Below are positions 50,746 to 59,704 of a stretch of DNA of 64,000 nt, one piece after another. Each line of letters starts with the position of its first letter. The stretch's first letter is position 1. The notes below the pieces were generated by a model. It searched no databases. It saw only the letters and a list, made by a program, of their open reading frames with translations, and had not been told where the DNA came from. Source of the DNA: Candidatus Dormiibacterota bacterium (GTDB taxonomy: Bacteria > Chloroflexota > Dormibacteria > Aeolococcales > Aeolococcaceae); NCBI GenBank assembly GCA_963718525.1, contig OY970355.1:640001-704000 (forward strand). The letters run 5' to 3'. Made by a program: the position numbers and the translations under genes.

Positions 50746-51462
50746 ATGTCATCCGCGGCGCCGAGCGTCGGCATCCCTGGGACGCGCCACAAGCTTGGCC
50801 ACGAGGTCAGTAGGTACATCCGCGACGCCATCTTGAGTGGAGCGTTTGTTCCAGGTCAGCGAATGGGTGTCCATGATCTCGCCGAGTCTCTGGGAGTAAG
50901 CACGATGCCGGTGCGAGAGGCCCTCGTCACGCTCGCCAACGAGGGCTTACTTGACGTGTTGCCACGTCGCGGGTTTCGCGTTGCCTGGCTGCGCCAGACA
51001 GACCTCCGCGACGTTTACCAGATTCACGCGTTCGTTTCGGGGCTACTCGCCGGATATGCAGCGACGGTAATCAGCTCAAGCCAGATCGCCGAGCTGCGAG
51101 AAATCGACGAGCGCATCGGCCGGCTCGAACGGCGGCGGCTGAGTTCCGTCGAGCGCTCGGAGCGCATCGAGGAGCTGAATTTCAAGTTCCACCGCACGAT
51201 TAACTTGGCGACCGACCACGGGCGGTTGCACTGGTACCTTCGCACCGCCGATCGATATATCCCACGACGATTCCACACGAGGATCGTTGGGTGGGACGAG
51301 ACCACCGTTCACGGTCACGCCGAGATCATCAGCGCACTCGAAAGGCACAACTCTCGTCGAGCAAGGCGCCTGGTGGAGACGCACATTTCAACTGCGGGCG
51401 ACCTGATCATCGCGAATCTCGACAAGCTCGGCCTGTGGTCGGCCGACGGTCCCGGCTCGTGA
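50746..51462 (+). CDS. GntR (FCD) transcriptional regulator
   Basis: IRDAILSG...LAESLGVSTMPVREAL..LANEGL; N..FH and H..II..L motifs; likely start ATG 50746. Confidence 0.92.
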   Translation: MSSAAPSVGIPGTRHKLGHEVSRYIRDAILSGAFVPGQRMGVHDLAESLGVSTMPVREALVTLANEGLLDVLPRRGFRVAWLRQTDLRDVYQIHAFVSGLLAGYAATVISSSQIAELREIDERIGRLERRRLSSVERSERIEELNFKFHRTINLATDHGRLHWYLRTADRYIPRRFHTRIVGWDETTVHGHAEIISALERHNSRRARRLVETHISTAGDLIIANLDKLGLWSADGPGS

Positions 51463-51517
51463 CGGCTAACTGCGCCACCGTGAACGATCGGCTGAAGAGG
51501 ACGATGCCAATACCACT

Positions 51518-53905
51518 TCAGTATGACCGCGGCATGTCGAGCACATTGTGCCCGAGATACGCGAGCACGAGGTTGTTCGGCACCGGCGCGTTCAGGTACA
51601 GCCGCGTCTCACGGAACTTCCGCTCGATATCAAAATCGGCTGCGAATCCCCATCCTCCATGAGCGTCGAGGCAGGCATTAGCTGCTTGCCATGAGGCCTC
51701 GGATGACAGCAGCTTTGCCATGTTCGCTTCTGGCCCGCAGGGGCGTCGCGCGTCGAAGAGCGACGCGGCCTTCCAGCGCATGAGGGACGCCGCCTCAATG
51801 GCCGCGTGGGCGCGCGACAACGGGAACTGGACGCCTTGATTGGCTCCGATGGGGCGGCCGAACACCTCACGCTGCCTAGAGTAGGCACTTCCGGTTCGAA
51901 CAAACCACCGCCCATCTCCGATGCATTCGGATGCGATGAGAATCCGCTCCGCATTCATCGACTCTATTAGATAGCGGAATCCGAGGCCCTCGTCACCGAC
52001 GAGAGCGTCCTCCCCAACTTCAAGGCCGTCGAAGAAAACCTCGGTGGTCAGGTGGTTGCTCATCGTCTTCAACGGCCGGACAGTCAGCTGTTCGCCGGCG
52101 AGGCGCATGTCAATCAGAAAAACAGATAGACCCTCCTGACTGCGGGTTCCACTCGTGTTTTGGGATGTTCGGGCGATCAGCATCATCAGGTCGGAATGCT
52201 GCGCCCTCGAGATGAAAACCTTCTGTCCATTGATCCGCCAACCTCCATCGATCCGCTCGGCGGTTGTTGTGATGGCTGTCGTGTCAGAACCAGATGTGGG
52301 CTCTGTGACACCGAAAGCCTGCAGCCGCAGAGCTCCGGCAGCGATTTGCGGTAGCCAGCGCGACTTCTGCGCCTCGCTGCCAAATCGCAGGAGTGTTCCC
52401 ATCGTGTACATCTGCGCATGACAAGCGGCAGCGTTGCCCCCTGACGAATTGATCTCTTCGAGGATGACGCCTGCCGCTGAAAGCCCGAGTCCGCCTCCGC
52501 CGAATTCACTCGGAATCAGAACTGCCAGCCAGCCCTGCTTGGTCACCTCCGCGACGAACGTCTCCGGGTACTGGTCGGGTTCTAGTCCACGCCAATACGA
52601 CGCAGGGAAGCCCGCGCACAGCTGTGCAACCGCCGAGCGTATGTCGCGGAATTGCTCCGCCTCGTCGAACCACATCCCTCGACTTCCAATGGATGATGAC
52701 ACTGGATCAACGCTTCGTCCGAATGTCGCGCGGGCTATGCGATTGCCGCCCAGTTCGGCCAGCACTTCGTTGGTATGCTCGCCAAGCGCCGGAACGTTTC
52801 CGGTAGGCGCGTCAACTCCCGCGAGGTTGAATGGCGGTCGCAGCGCGGGCACCGGCCCAGTGGGCGTAGACACTTCAAACCAGCGGTCCCGAGAGGCCAG
52901 TTGCACATGCGCCGCTAGGCCCGCGACATCGTTGACGACGCCATATGGAATATCGCCAGCATCAAGAGCGCGTAGGACCGTCGGAAGATCTCTCGTAGCG
53001 AGGCGCTCCTCGACCAATCGCTCTAGGCTCACGCGATTCGTCACGCGCAATTCGTTGGTGCGATATCGGGGATCCTGCACCAATCCTGGATCCTCAAGCA
53101 ACCCGGTGCAGAACGCTTGCCACTGAGCTGCGGTATGCACAGCCAAGTTCACCATCCGGCCGCCCGCGACCGGATATGGGCCGTAGGGGCAGATGCTGTT
53201 GTGCCGCATGCCTGTGCGGACCGGCTCTTGTCCCGTATACATGCGATGGTAGAGCGGAGTCATCATCCACTCAGCAAGACAGTCAAGCATTGCAATATCA
53301 ATCCGGATCCCTTCGCCCGTCCGGTGTCGCTGGAGGAGGGCGGCGAGTACCGCGCTCAGCGCATACATCCCTGAGGAGATGTCCGCGATCGAGATGCCAA
53401 CCTTGGCAGGCTCGCTCGGACTGCCGGTGACCGAAACGACCCCGGCCTCCCCTTGGATCAACAAGTCGAAGCCCTTACGCTGCGCCTCCGGGCCAGACGT
53501 CCCGTAGGCAGTGATCCCGCAGACTATGAGCCCCGGCCAACGAGCGTGCAGGTGATCCCAGCCTAATCCCAGCCGCTCGATGCCTCCTGGTCCGAGGTTG
53601 TGGACCAAGACATCGGCGCCGGCGAGCAGGCTCTCCAGAGCCGCCAGGCCGGCGGCGGAAGCCAAGTCAAGGACGACGCTGCGTTTACCTCGGTTCAGCC
53701 AGACGAAGTAGGCGGAGTCGCCATGCACGACGGAGTCGTAGCCGCGCGCGAAGTCGCCTCCGCCTGGCCGTTCGATTTTGACGACGTCGGCTCCCAGGTC
53801 AACAAGATGGCGGGTACACAGGGGTGCTGCCACGGCCTGCTCCAGCGCCACTACTCGGAGGCCGCGAAGAGGTGGCGTGCTGATGAGAGGATGGCTACCG
53901 CTCAT
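51518..53905 (-). CDS. Fused CaiB/BaiF (family III) CoA-transferase + acyl-CoA dehydrogenase
   Basis: N-half LEQAVAAP..DLGADVVKIE..GDFAR..NRGKRS, ADISSG; C-half GVTEPTSGSD, NGQKVFIS, ERILIA, REVFGRPIG.NQ, HGGWGF. Confidence 0.9.
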   Translation of the reverse strand: MSGSHPLISTPPLRGLRVVALEQAVAAPLCTRHLVDLGADVVKIERPGGGDFARGYDSVVHGDSAYFVWLNRGKRSVVLDLASAAGLAALESLLAGADVLVHNLGPGGIERLGLGWDHLHARWPGLIVCGITAYGTSGPEAQRKGFDLLIQGEAGVVSVTGSPSEPAKVGISIADISSGMYALSAVLAALLQRHRTGEGIRIDIAMLDCLAEWMMTPLYHRMYTGQEPVRTGMRHNSICPYGPYPVAGGRMVNLAVHTAAQWQAFCTGLLEDPGLVQDPRYRTNELRVTNRVSLERLVEERLATRDLPTVLRALDAGDIPYGVVNDVAGLAAHVQLASRDRWFEVSTPTGPVPALRPPFNLAGVDAPTGNVPALGEHTNEVLAELGGNRIARATFGRSVDPVSSSIGSRGMWFDEAEQFRDIRSAVAQLCAGFPASYWRGLEPDQYPETFVAEVTKQGWLAVLIPSEFGGGGLGLSAAGVILEEINSSGGNAAACHAQMYTMGTLLRFGSEAQKSRWLPQIAAGALRLQAFGVTEPTSGSDTTAITTTAERIDGGWRINGQKVFISRAQHSDLMMLIARTSQNTSGTRSQEGLSVFLIDMRLAGEQLTVRPLKTMSNHLTTEVFFDGLEVGEDALVGDEGLGFRYLIESMNAERILIASECIGDGRWFVRTGSAYSRQREVFGRPIGANQGVQFPLSRAHAAIEAASLMRWKAASLFDARRPCGPEANMAKLLSSEASWQAANACLDAHGGWGFAADFDIERKFRETRLYLNAPVPNNLVLAYLGHNVLDMPRSY

Positions 53906-53983
53906 TCGTGCCCCCGGACAGCCCTGAATTCGACACTAATGACTCACCATCACATCGTCGTTCGGCAGACCGCGGCCACTCAT

Positions 53984-54000
53984 GTTCTGATCTAATATCA
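53984..54000. promoter_or_regulatory. Second candidate GntR operator GTTCTGATCTAATATCA
   Basis: In the divergent promoter region; matches 50535-50551. Confidence 0.55.
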
Positions 54001-54100
54001 TACTTACCCAACCCGATGAGCACCGAGGGGAACTCGGATCGATATAGTCTGACGAGCTAAGCCGGCTCGGCGGCGGGGAGAATAGTCAGGAGGTTCTGGC

Positions 54101-55105
54101 GTGATGACTTCGGCCACGATGGAGCTACGAGAGATGGTCCGCTTCAGACCGCGCCGGTTGGCGCATGGCAACTTCTTCGTGAGCGACCTTGAGAGATCCA
54201 CCTCCTTCTATGTCGACGTCTGCGGACTCAACCTCGTCTATCGAGAGCCTGGAATCCACGCTAACTTCCTCAGCAACGGTAGCAGTCATCACGACGCCGC
54301 TCTGATGGAGATATCGCGGGAAGCCAGGGTCGGACGGGGTGGCCATGTTCAGGTGCCGGCCGGGCGGGGGCGCACCCCGGGACTGAACCACGTCGCCTTC
54401 GAGATGGAGAACGAGGCGCTCCTGGTTGCTGCCTATCGGCGAGCGGTAGCGGCGCATGTTCCCATTCACCGCACCGCCGATCATCAGATCTCTCATAGCG
54501 TCTATCTCTTCGATCCCGATGGCAACTACCTCGAGATCTACTGGGACGCGACCAAGGACTGGCGCGGTGTCTACAAGGCAAATGAGAATGAACTCCTGAC
54601 GGCAACGTGGGATCCTAACGCCGCGGCTCCCTCAGATGACCGCAATTACAATCCAGATCCCCAGTACTCGACGGTGCCAGCAGCTCTTCTGCATCCAAAA
54701 CGGACGTCCCGCGCCGCTCTGCTCACCCCTGATGTCCAAAGGCTTCAAGACTTCTACGTCCAGATCGTCGGGCTCGACGTTGTAGCCGAAGATCCGGAGA
54801 GTAGATATGTAACGCTTGCCGGTACTGTTGACGGTCAGGACATTTCGCTTTTGGTGACGCACGATGGGCGGAAAGGCTTGCACCACTTCAGCTTCGAGCT
54901 CGAGGAGGAGGCGGAACTAGCGGATGCGATCGGAAGATTGAAGGCAGGCAGGATTCCTATCCTCGCGGAGATCGACAACCCGACCAAGCACAGCGTGGCG
55001 ATTGCTGATCCGGACGGCATTGTCCTCGAGTTCTTTGTGAAGCGCCGGGTTCCGCTCTCGGCTTATGCCCCTGCTGAAAATGAGCCGATTGAGTTTGTGG
55101 TTTAG
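54101..55105 (+). CDS. Two-domain VOC protein (extradiol dioxygenase-like)
   Basis: LAHGN, HHD, GLNHVAFE, H..SHSVY..DPDGN.LE; AGGAGG RBS. Confidence 0.87.
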   Translation: MMTSATMELREMVRFRPRRLAHGNFFVSDLERSTSFYVDVCGLNLVYREPGIHANFLSNGSSHHDAALMEISREARVGRGGHVQVPAGRGRTPGLNHVAFEMENEALLVAAYRRAVAAHVPIHRTADHQISHSVYLFDPDGNYLEIYWDATKDWRGVYKANENELLTATWDPNAAAPSDDRNYNPDPQYSTVPAALLHPKRTSRAALLTPDVQRLQDFYVQIVGLDVVAEDPESRYVTLAGTVDGQDISLLVTHDGRKGLHHFSFELEEEAELADAIGRLKAGRIPILAEIDNPTKHSVAIADPDGIVLEFFVKRRVPLSAYAPAENEPIEFVV

Positions 55106-55187
55106 GTGCCGGCGGAGTGCCTAAGGTCGATCACCAAATTCCGCCGGATTTGCAACGACCTCTAGCGATCTCGGCTGAAGCCGCGAA

Positions 55188-56366
55188 GTGAGACCTGGAC
55201 ACGCGGAGATCGTCGGCGGTGGGCTGGCTGGGTTGACCGCAGGCTTGGCGCTGGCAAAGAGCGGCTGGCGCGTGCGAGTCCATGAACGCTCCCCCGAGTT
55301 GCGGGAGATCGGCGCTGGTCTGTACCTCAAAGAGAACAGCCTGCGAGTCCTTGAGCGGCTGGGTGTCTTTGACGAGGTTGCAGCTCACGGTGTCCGTCTA
55401 GAGAGAATGGATATCCATGACGTGGATCGAGATCGCTGGTTGATCCGCGAGGTCAGTCAGCTTCGCGTGTATAACGTCGTCCGTACGGCGTTGCACCGCA
55501 CGCTTGCGCAGGCGGCGGTTGCGCGCGGAGCCGAAGTCCTGACTAGCTCCACGGGAGTCCACGCAGAGCCTTCGGGTCGGCTCCGTCTGGCCTCGGGAGA
55601 GACGGTAACCGCTGACTTGGTGGTCGGGGCGGACGGGATTTACTCGAAGATCCGCGAATCGGTCCGCCTCGGTCGCGCACTGCGGATCCTTCCCGAAGGC
55701 GGCACCCAACTCTTAGTGAAGCGAACCGAAGCTGAGTCAAAGGCTTGGAGCGTCGAACACTGGTCGGGCAAGCTCCGGATGCTAACCACCCCATGCAGTG
55801 CTACCGACACGTATGTCGCGCTTATGGGTCCCGAATCGGACAAGCGCGCGTCAGCGGTGCCGATCGACAAGCGACGTTGGTCGAACGCTTTTCCCAATCT
55901 CATCGACATAGTCGGGAGGATGGGCGACAAGGATGGAGTCCACCACACAAACGTGAAGGTCGAGACGCGAGGCTGGGCATCAGGCAAAGTAGCAATCGTA
56001 GGCGACGCGGCGCACGGGCAACCGCCAAACCTTGGCCAGGGCGCCGGGCTCGCCATCGCGAACGGGTTGGCGCTTGCCGACATGCTCCAGCGGTACGACA
56101 CGGTCGAGGAAGGTCTCCTCGCATGGGAGGCAACCTTTCGTCCGGTGGCCATGGCAACGCAGCGTTGGTCCTGCTGGTATGGCAACCTCGCCTACCGGTG
56201 GCCGACCAGGCTGGGCAACTACCGCATGCCGGCACTTGAGGGGATCAATGCCTTTCCGCCGCTCGGCAATCGCTATTTCTGGCTCTGGCAAGGCGGCCTT
56301 TCCGACTACAAACAGCCGCGCTCGCTCACCAAAGCGCTCCGTGTGCACCGGCGCGACAAGGCCTAA
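55188..56366 (+). CDS. FAD-dependent monooxygenase, MHPCO (3-hydroxypyridine-carboxylate ring-cleaving oxygenase)-like
   Basis: AEIVGGGLAG, HERSPELR.IGAGLY, GADG, R....PC....Y..LM.P..D.R...VPID...W...FP, GDAAH..P.LGQGAG. Confidence 0.85.
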   Translation: MRPGHAEIVGGGLAGLTAGLALAKSGWRVRVHERSPELREIGAGLYLKENSLRVLERLGVFDEVAAHGVRLERMDIHDVDRDRWLIREVSQLRVYNVVRTALHRTLAQAAVARGAEVLTSSTGVHAEPSGRLRLASGETVTADLVVGADGIYSKIRESVRLGRALRILPEGGTQLLVKRTEAESKAWSVEHWSGKLRMLTTPCSATDTYVALMGPESDKRASAVPIDKRRWSNAFPNLIDIVGRMGDKDGVHHTNVKVETRGWASGKVAIVGDAAHGQPPNLGQGAGLAIANGLALADMLQRYDTVEEGLLAWEATFRPVAMATQRWSCWYGNLAYRWPTRLGNYRMPALEGINAFPPLGNRYFWLWQGGLSDYKQPRSLTKALRVHRRDKA

Positions 56367-56442
56367 TTCCGCGCCTTCGTGTCGAGAGGTCGCGATGGGG
56401 TGTCGTGATGATCCATCGACGCGTTCCTACTCGATTTCGCCG

Positions 56443-57288
56443 TCAATGTGCGCCGGTTAGAGGCGTCACCAACCTGCCGAGGCCCTGCACCTCGACCTCG
56501 ACGACATCCCCGGGCTTCATCCACACTTTGGGATCACGACCCTGAATAACGCCTTCTGGCGTGCCCGTGGCAATGAAGTCACCGGGCTCCAGGGTCACAT
56601 ACTGACTGATGTAGCTGACGAGAGCGCGAACGCTGAACAACATATCTGATGTCGTGGAATCCTGCCGCAGCTCGCCGTTGAGCCAGCTCCGGATCGTGAG
56701 GTTCTGCGGATCGTCTACCTCGTCGGCTGAGACCAACTCGGGGCCTACGGGAAGAAAGCCGTCGAGCATCTTCCCGAGCAGGTACTGGCTGGTGCGGAAC
56801 TGGAGGTCCCGCGCTGACAGGTCATTGCAGTTGCAGTAGCCCCAGACATGGTCAAGAGCCTCCGCCTCTGACACCCGACGAGCGCGTCGACCGATGACCA
56901 CCCCGAGCTCCGCCTCATAGTCGTACTCGCGAACATCAGCAGGCAGCGTCACCGGTGATCCCGACGCGACGAGGGCATTGTTGAACTTAGAGAACAGCGT
57001 GGGAGTCGAAGTCGGCGTGAGGCCGATTTCGGCGGCGTGACGCCGATAATTCATACCGACGCAGAGGAGTTTGCCTGGCAACGGCACGCATAGGCCGTTG
57101 GTGCCAAGGTGGGTCGCCAAACGACCTACAGTCGCTGCGCGCTCAGCACGTATTCGAGCCCTTTCGCCGCCTGTAACAAGCTCACTCACAGAACGCGGCG
57201 CATCCCCGTCGGTTAATATGGCCCAACCCTCCGGCCGTCGGATCGCGAGCCGTGGGCCATGCTCGGTAATGAGTCCTGTGACGCGCAT
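56443..57288 (-). CDS. Fumarylacetoacetate hydrolase family protein
   Basis: CVGMNY..H, DYEAELG, NDLSARD, GK, GDFIATGTPEG. Confidence 0.93.
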   Translation of the reverse strand: MRVTGLITEHGPRLAIRRPEGWAILTDGDAPRSVSELVTGGERARIRAERAATVGRLATHLGTNGLCVPLPGKLLCVGMNYRRHAAEIGLTPTSTPTLFSKFNNALVASGSPVTLPADVREYDYEAELGVVIGRRARRVSEAEALDHVWGYCNCNDLSARDLQFRTSQYLLGKMLDGFLPVGPELVSADEVDDPQNLTIRSWLNGELRQDSTTSDMLFSVRALVSYISQYVTLEPGDFIATGTPEGVIQGRDPKVWMKPGDVVEVEVQGLGRLVTPLTGAH

Positions 57289-57497
57289 AGGTACGCTTCT
57301 CCGGGGTCTTCTTCACGTTGTCGATGGGGTCGCGCGATGGTGGATAATGAGTTTCGCATAACCACGTGGCAGTGGCGTCTTTAGGAGCGCCGAGCTCCAT
57401 GGCGCGGCTCAGCGCGCTGGATTTCCGCACACCGCCGCGCTAGAATCCTGTAGGCCTGCGCTTGAGGCGCGTCGAACCGGGCTCGGAGGGTTGGAGA

Positions 57498-58100
57498 GTG
57501 TCCTGGAACATCAGTGGGTCGTACTTCGAGACCTGCTCGTGCAACGTGGTCTGCCCATGCACCGCGTAGCTCGCGCTTGGCGCCACACTCGATCGCTGCA
57601 AGGTCACACTCGTCTTCAATGTCCACAATGGAGACGTCGAAGGCACCCACGTCGGCGGCCTGACGGTGGCGGCGATCGTCGATACACCGAAGGTCATGAC
57701 CGACGGAAACTGGCGCGTCGGCGTGTTCATCGATGCTGCCGCTTCTGATGAGCAAGCGGAGAAGCTCGGTGGCGTCTTCTCCGGTGCGCTGGGCGGACCG
57801 ATGGCTGCCCTCGGGCCGCTGATCTCGGAGAATCTCGGCGTGCAGCGGGCTCCGATCGAGGTGCGTGAAGACGGGCTGCGCCACTCGATTCGGATCGGTG
57901 ACGCTGTGGACTTCGAGATCGAAGATGTCGTGCCATTCGGGGTGGAGAACGGCCAGCCCGCAAAGCTCACCGGTATCTTTCATCCGGCCGGTTCGGAGTT
58001 GACAGTGGCTCGGGCGACGCGGTCGAAGATCGATGGGTTCGGGATCGCGTACGAGGCCAAGGCTGCCTTCTCGACATCGAACTTCTCGTGGTCGGCCTAG
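57498..58100 (+). pseudogene. DUF1326 metal-binding protein with in-frame TAG at 57567-57569
   Basis: GTG SWNISGSYFETCSCNVVCPCTA*LALGATLDRC... continues in frame into ORF 57666-58100. Confidence 0.85.
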
Positions 58101-58936
58101 ATACCGTCGAGTCCACGTCCCTCGCGCAGAAGCAGCGCAACTCAGAGGGTCTGGCTCAACTCTTCGCCGCCGTGCGAACGCGCCTCGGCCTGGTCGCACT
58201 GCTGTTCGTGCTCGCGGGTCTCGCCTGGTGGGCCACCGTCAATCAGATGGCTGGCATGGACGCAGGTCCAGGCACAGACCTTGGGGCGCTCGGATGGTTT
58301 CTCGGCGTATGGGTGGTGATGATGGCCGCAATGATGTTTCCATCGGTTGCACCGACGGTGGCGCTATATGCACGGCTGACGCGCCAGCGCAGCCCGGTGC
58401 GGCCGCTCCTCTTCGCCTTCGCGTACCTGGCCGTGTGGGCCACCGTTGGACTGCTCTCGTACGGCCTCTTCGAGGTGGGCAAGACGTGGTTCGGGTCCCA
58501 GCTGGCCTGGAATGCCGGCGGGCGATGGGTCGCGGCGTCGATCCTTGCAGCGGCGGCGGTCTACGAACTGACACCGCTGAAGAACGTGTGCCTGGGGAAG
58601 TGCCGGAGCCCTCTCGGCTTCCTACTCGGCAACTGGCGTGACGGGGGGACTGGCGCGATCGAGATGGGAGCGAGGCACGCTGCCTGGTGCGTCGGGTGCT
58701 GCTGGGCGCTGATGGCGGCGCTGTTCGCTCTGGGCGTGATGAGCCTTGTCTGGATGGCGGTGGTTGCCGCACTCATTACGGTGGAAAAGACCATTCCGTG
58801 GCGTCGGCCGGTCGTGTGGGGGACGACCGCCATCCTGTTGGCGCTGGCCGTCATGGTAGCTGTCGCGCCGCACTCGGTGCCTGGGCTGGTCGTGCCTGGA
58901 AGCGCGGGGATGAGCACCATGGGGACGATGCATTAG
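58088..58936 (+). CDS. DUF2182 predicted metal-binding integral membrane protein
   Basis: WVVMMAAMMFPS, YELTPLK..CL..CR.P, CVGCCWALM, GVM...WM, EK. Confidence 0.92.
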   Translation: MVGLDTVESTSLAQKQRNSEGLAQLFAAVRTRLGLVALLFVLAGLAWWATVNQMAGMDAGPGTDLGALGWFLGVWVVMMAAMMFPSVAPTVALYARLTRQRSPVRPLLFAFAYLAVWATVGLLSYGLFEVGKTWFGSQLAWNAGGRWVAASILAAAAVYELTPLKNVCLGKCRSPLGFLLGNWRDGGTGAIEMGARHAAWCVGCCWALMAALFALGVMSLVWMAVVAALITVEKTIPWRRPVVWGTTAILLALAVMVAVAPHSVPGLVVPGSAGMSTMGTMH

Positions 58937-59024
58937 GGGCTGGCATCGATTCGTTTGCCCGACGAGCGCCGCCGCCGTCCGATCGGCGTATCGTCGATCG
59001 ACTTCTGGCTAAGAGGCGTTTGAA

Positions 59025-59681
59025 ATGCACTTCACCCGATTGAGCGAATCCGACGAATACCAGCGTCAGCGCGAGGAGCTACGGGTCGCCGAATTGGATC
59101 TCATTGATCAGGCCGAACGCGTGGCTGCATTGCGGCGCACGCTGCCGGCAGACACTGTTGTCGACGACTACCAGTTGATCGACGTCGCGAGCGGCGATCA
59201 CGTGCAGCTCTCGGAACTGTTCAGTGCTCCGGGCCGGCCACTGATCCTGTATCACTTCATGTACGGCAAAGCCCAGACGGACCCATGCCCGCTGTGCACG
59301 ATGTGGATCGACGGGTACAACGCAGCGGTGCCACATCTCACGCAGAACGCGGACTTCGTCGTGGTCGCTGCGGCTGATCCCGCCGCCATCGCAGCCCACG
59401 CGGCGTCTCGCGGCTGGAACAACCTGCGCCTGCTGAGCGCCGGCGGCACCACCTACAAGTACGACCTCGGCAGCGAGGACGCCGATGGCACCCAGATCGA
59501 GTCAATCTCGGTGTTCACTCACGCCGACGACGGTACCGTGCGTCACGTCTACTCCAAGGGGGCGCAGATGGCTGACGATCGACGCGAGCGGGGCATCGAT
59601 CTGCTGACGCCGGTCTGGAATCTCCTTGATCTCACACCGAATGGCCGCCCGCTCGACTGGTACCCCTCGTTGCACTACTAG
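59025..59681 (+). CDS. DUF899 thioredoxin-like protein
   Basis: R..L..AE..L......A.RR.LP, L.ELF, YHFM, CPLC, WNLLDLTP.GR. Confidence 0.92.
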   Translation: MHFTRLSESDEYQRQREELRVAELDLIDQAERVAALRRTLPADTVVDDYQLIDVASGDHVQLSELFSAPGRPLILYHFMYGKAQTDPCPLCTMWIDGYNAAVPHLTQNADFVVVAAADPAAIAAHAASRGWNNLRLLSAGGTTYKYDLGSEDADGTQIESISVFTHADDGTVRHVYSKGAQMADDRRERGIDLLTPVWNLLDLTPNGRPLDWYPSLHY

Positions 59682-59704
59682 TCGTTTCTATCTTTCGCAA
59701 AGAC

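Noticed and set aside
57567-57569. Pyrrolysine or genetic-code reassignment explaining the in-frame stops
   Set aside because: TAG and TGA both terminate many intact genes here; single-base changes from Ser codons explain the cases.
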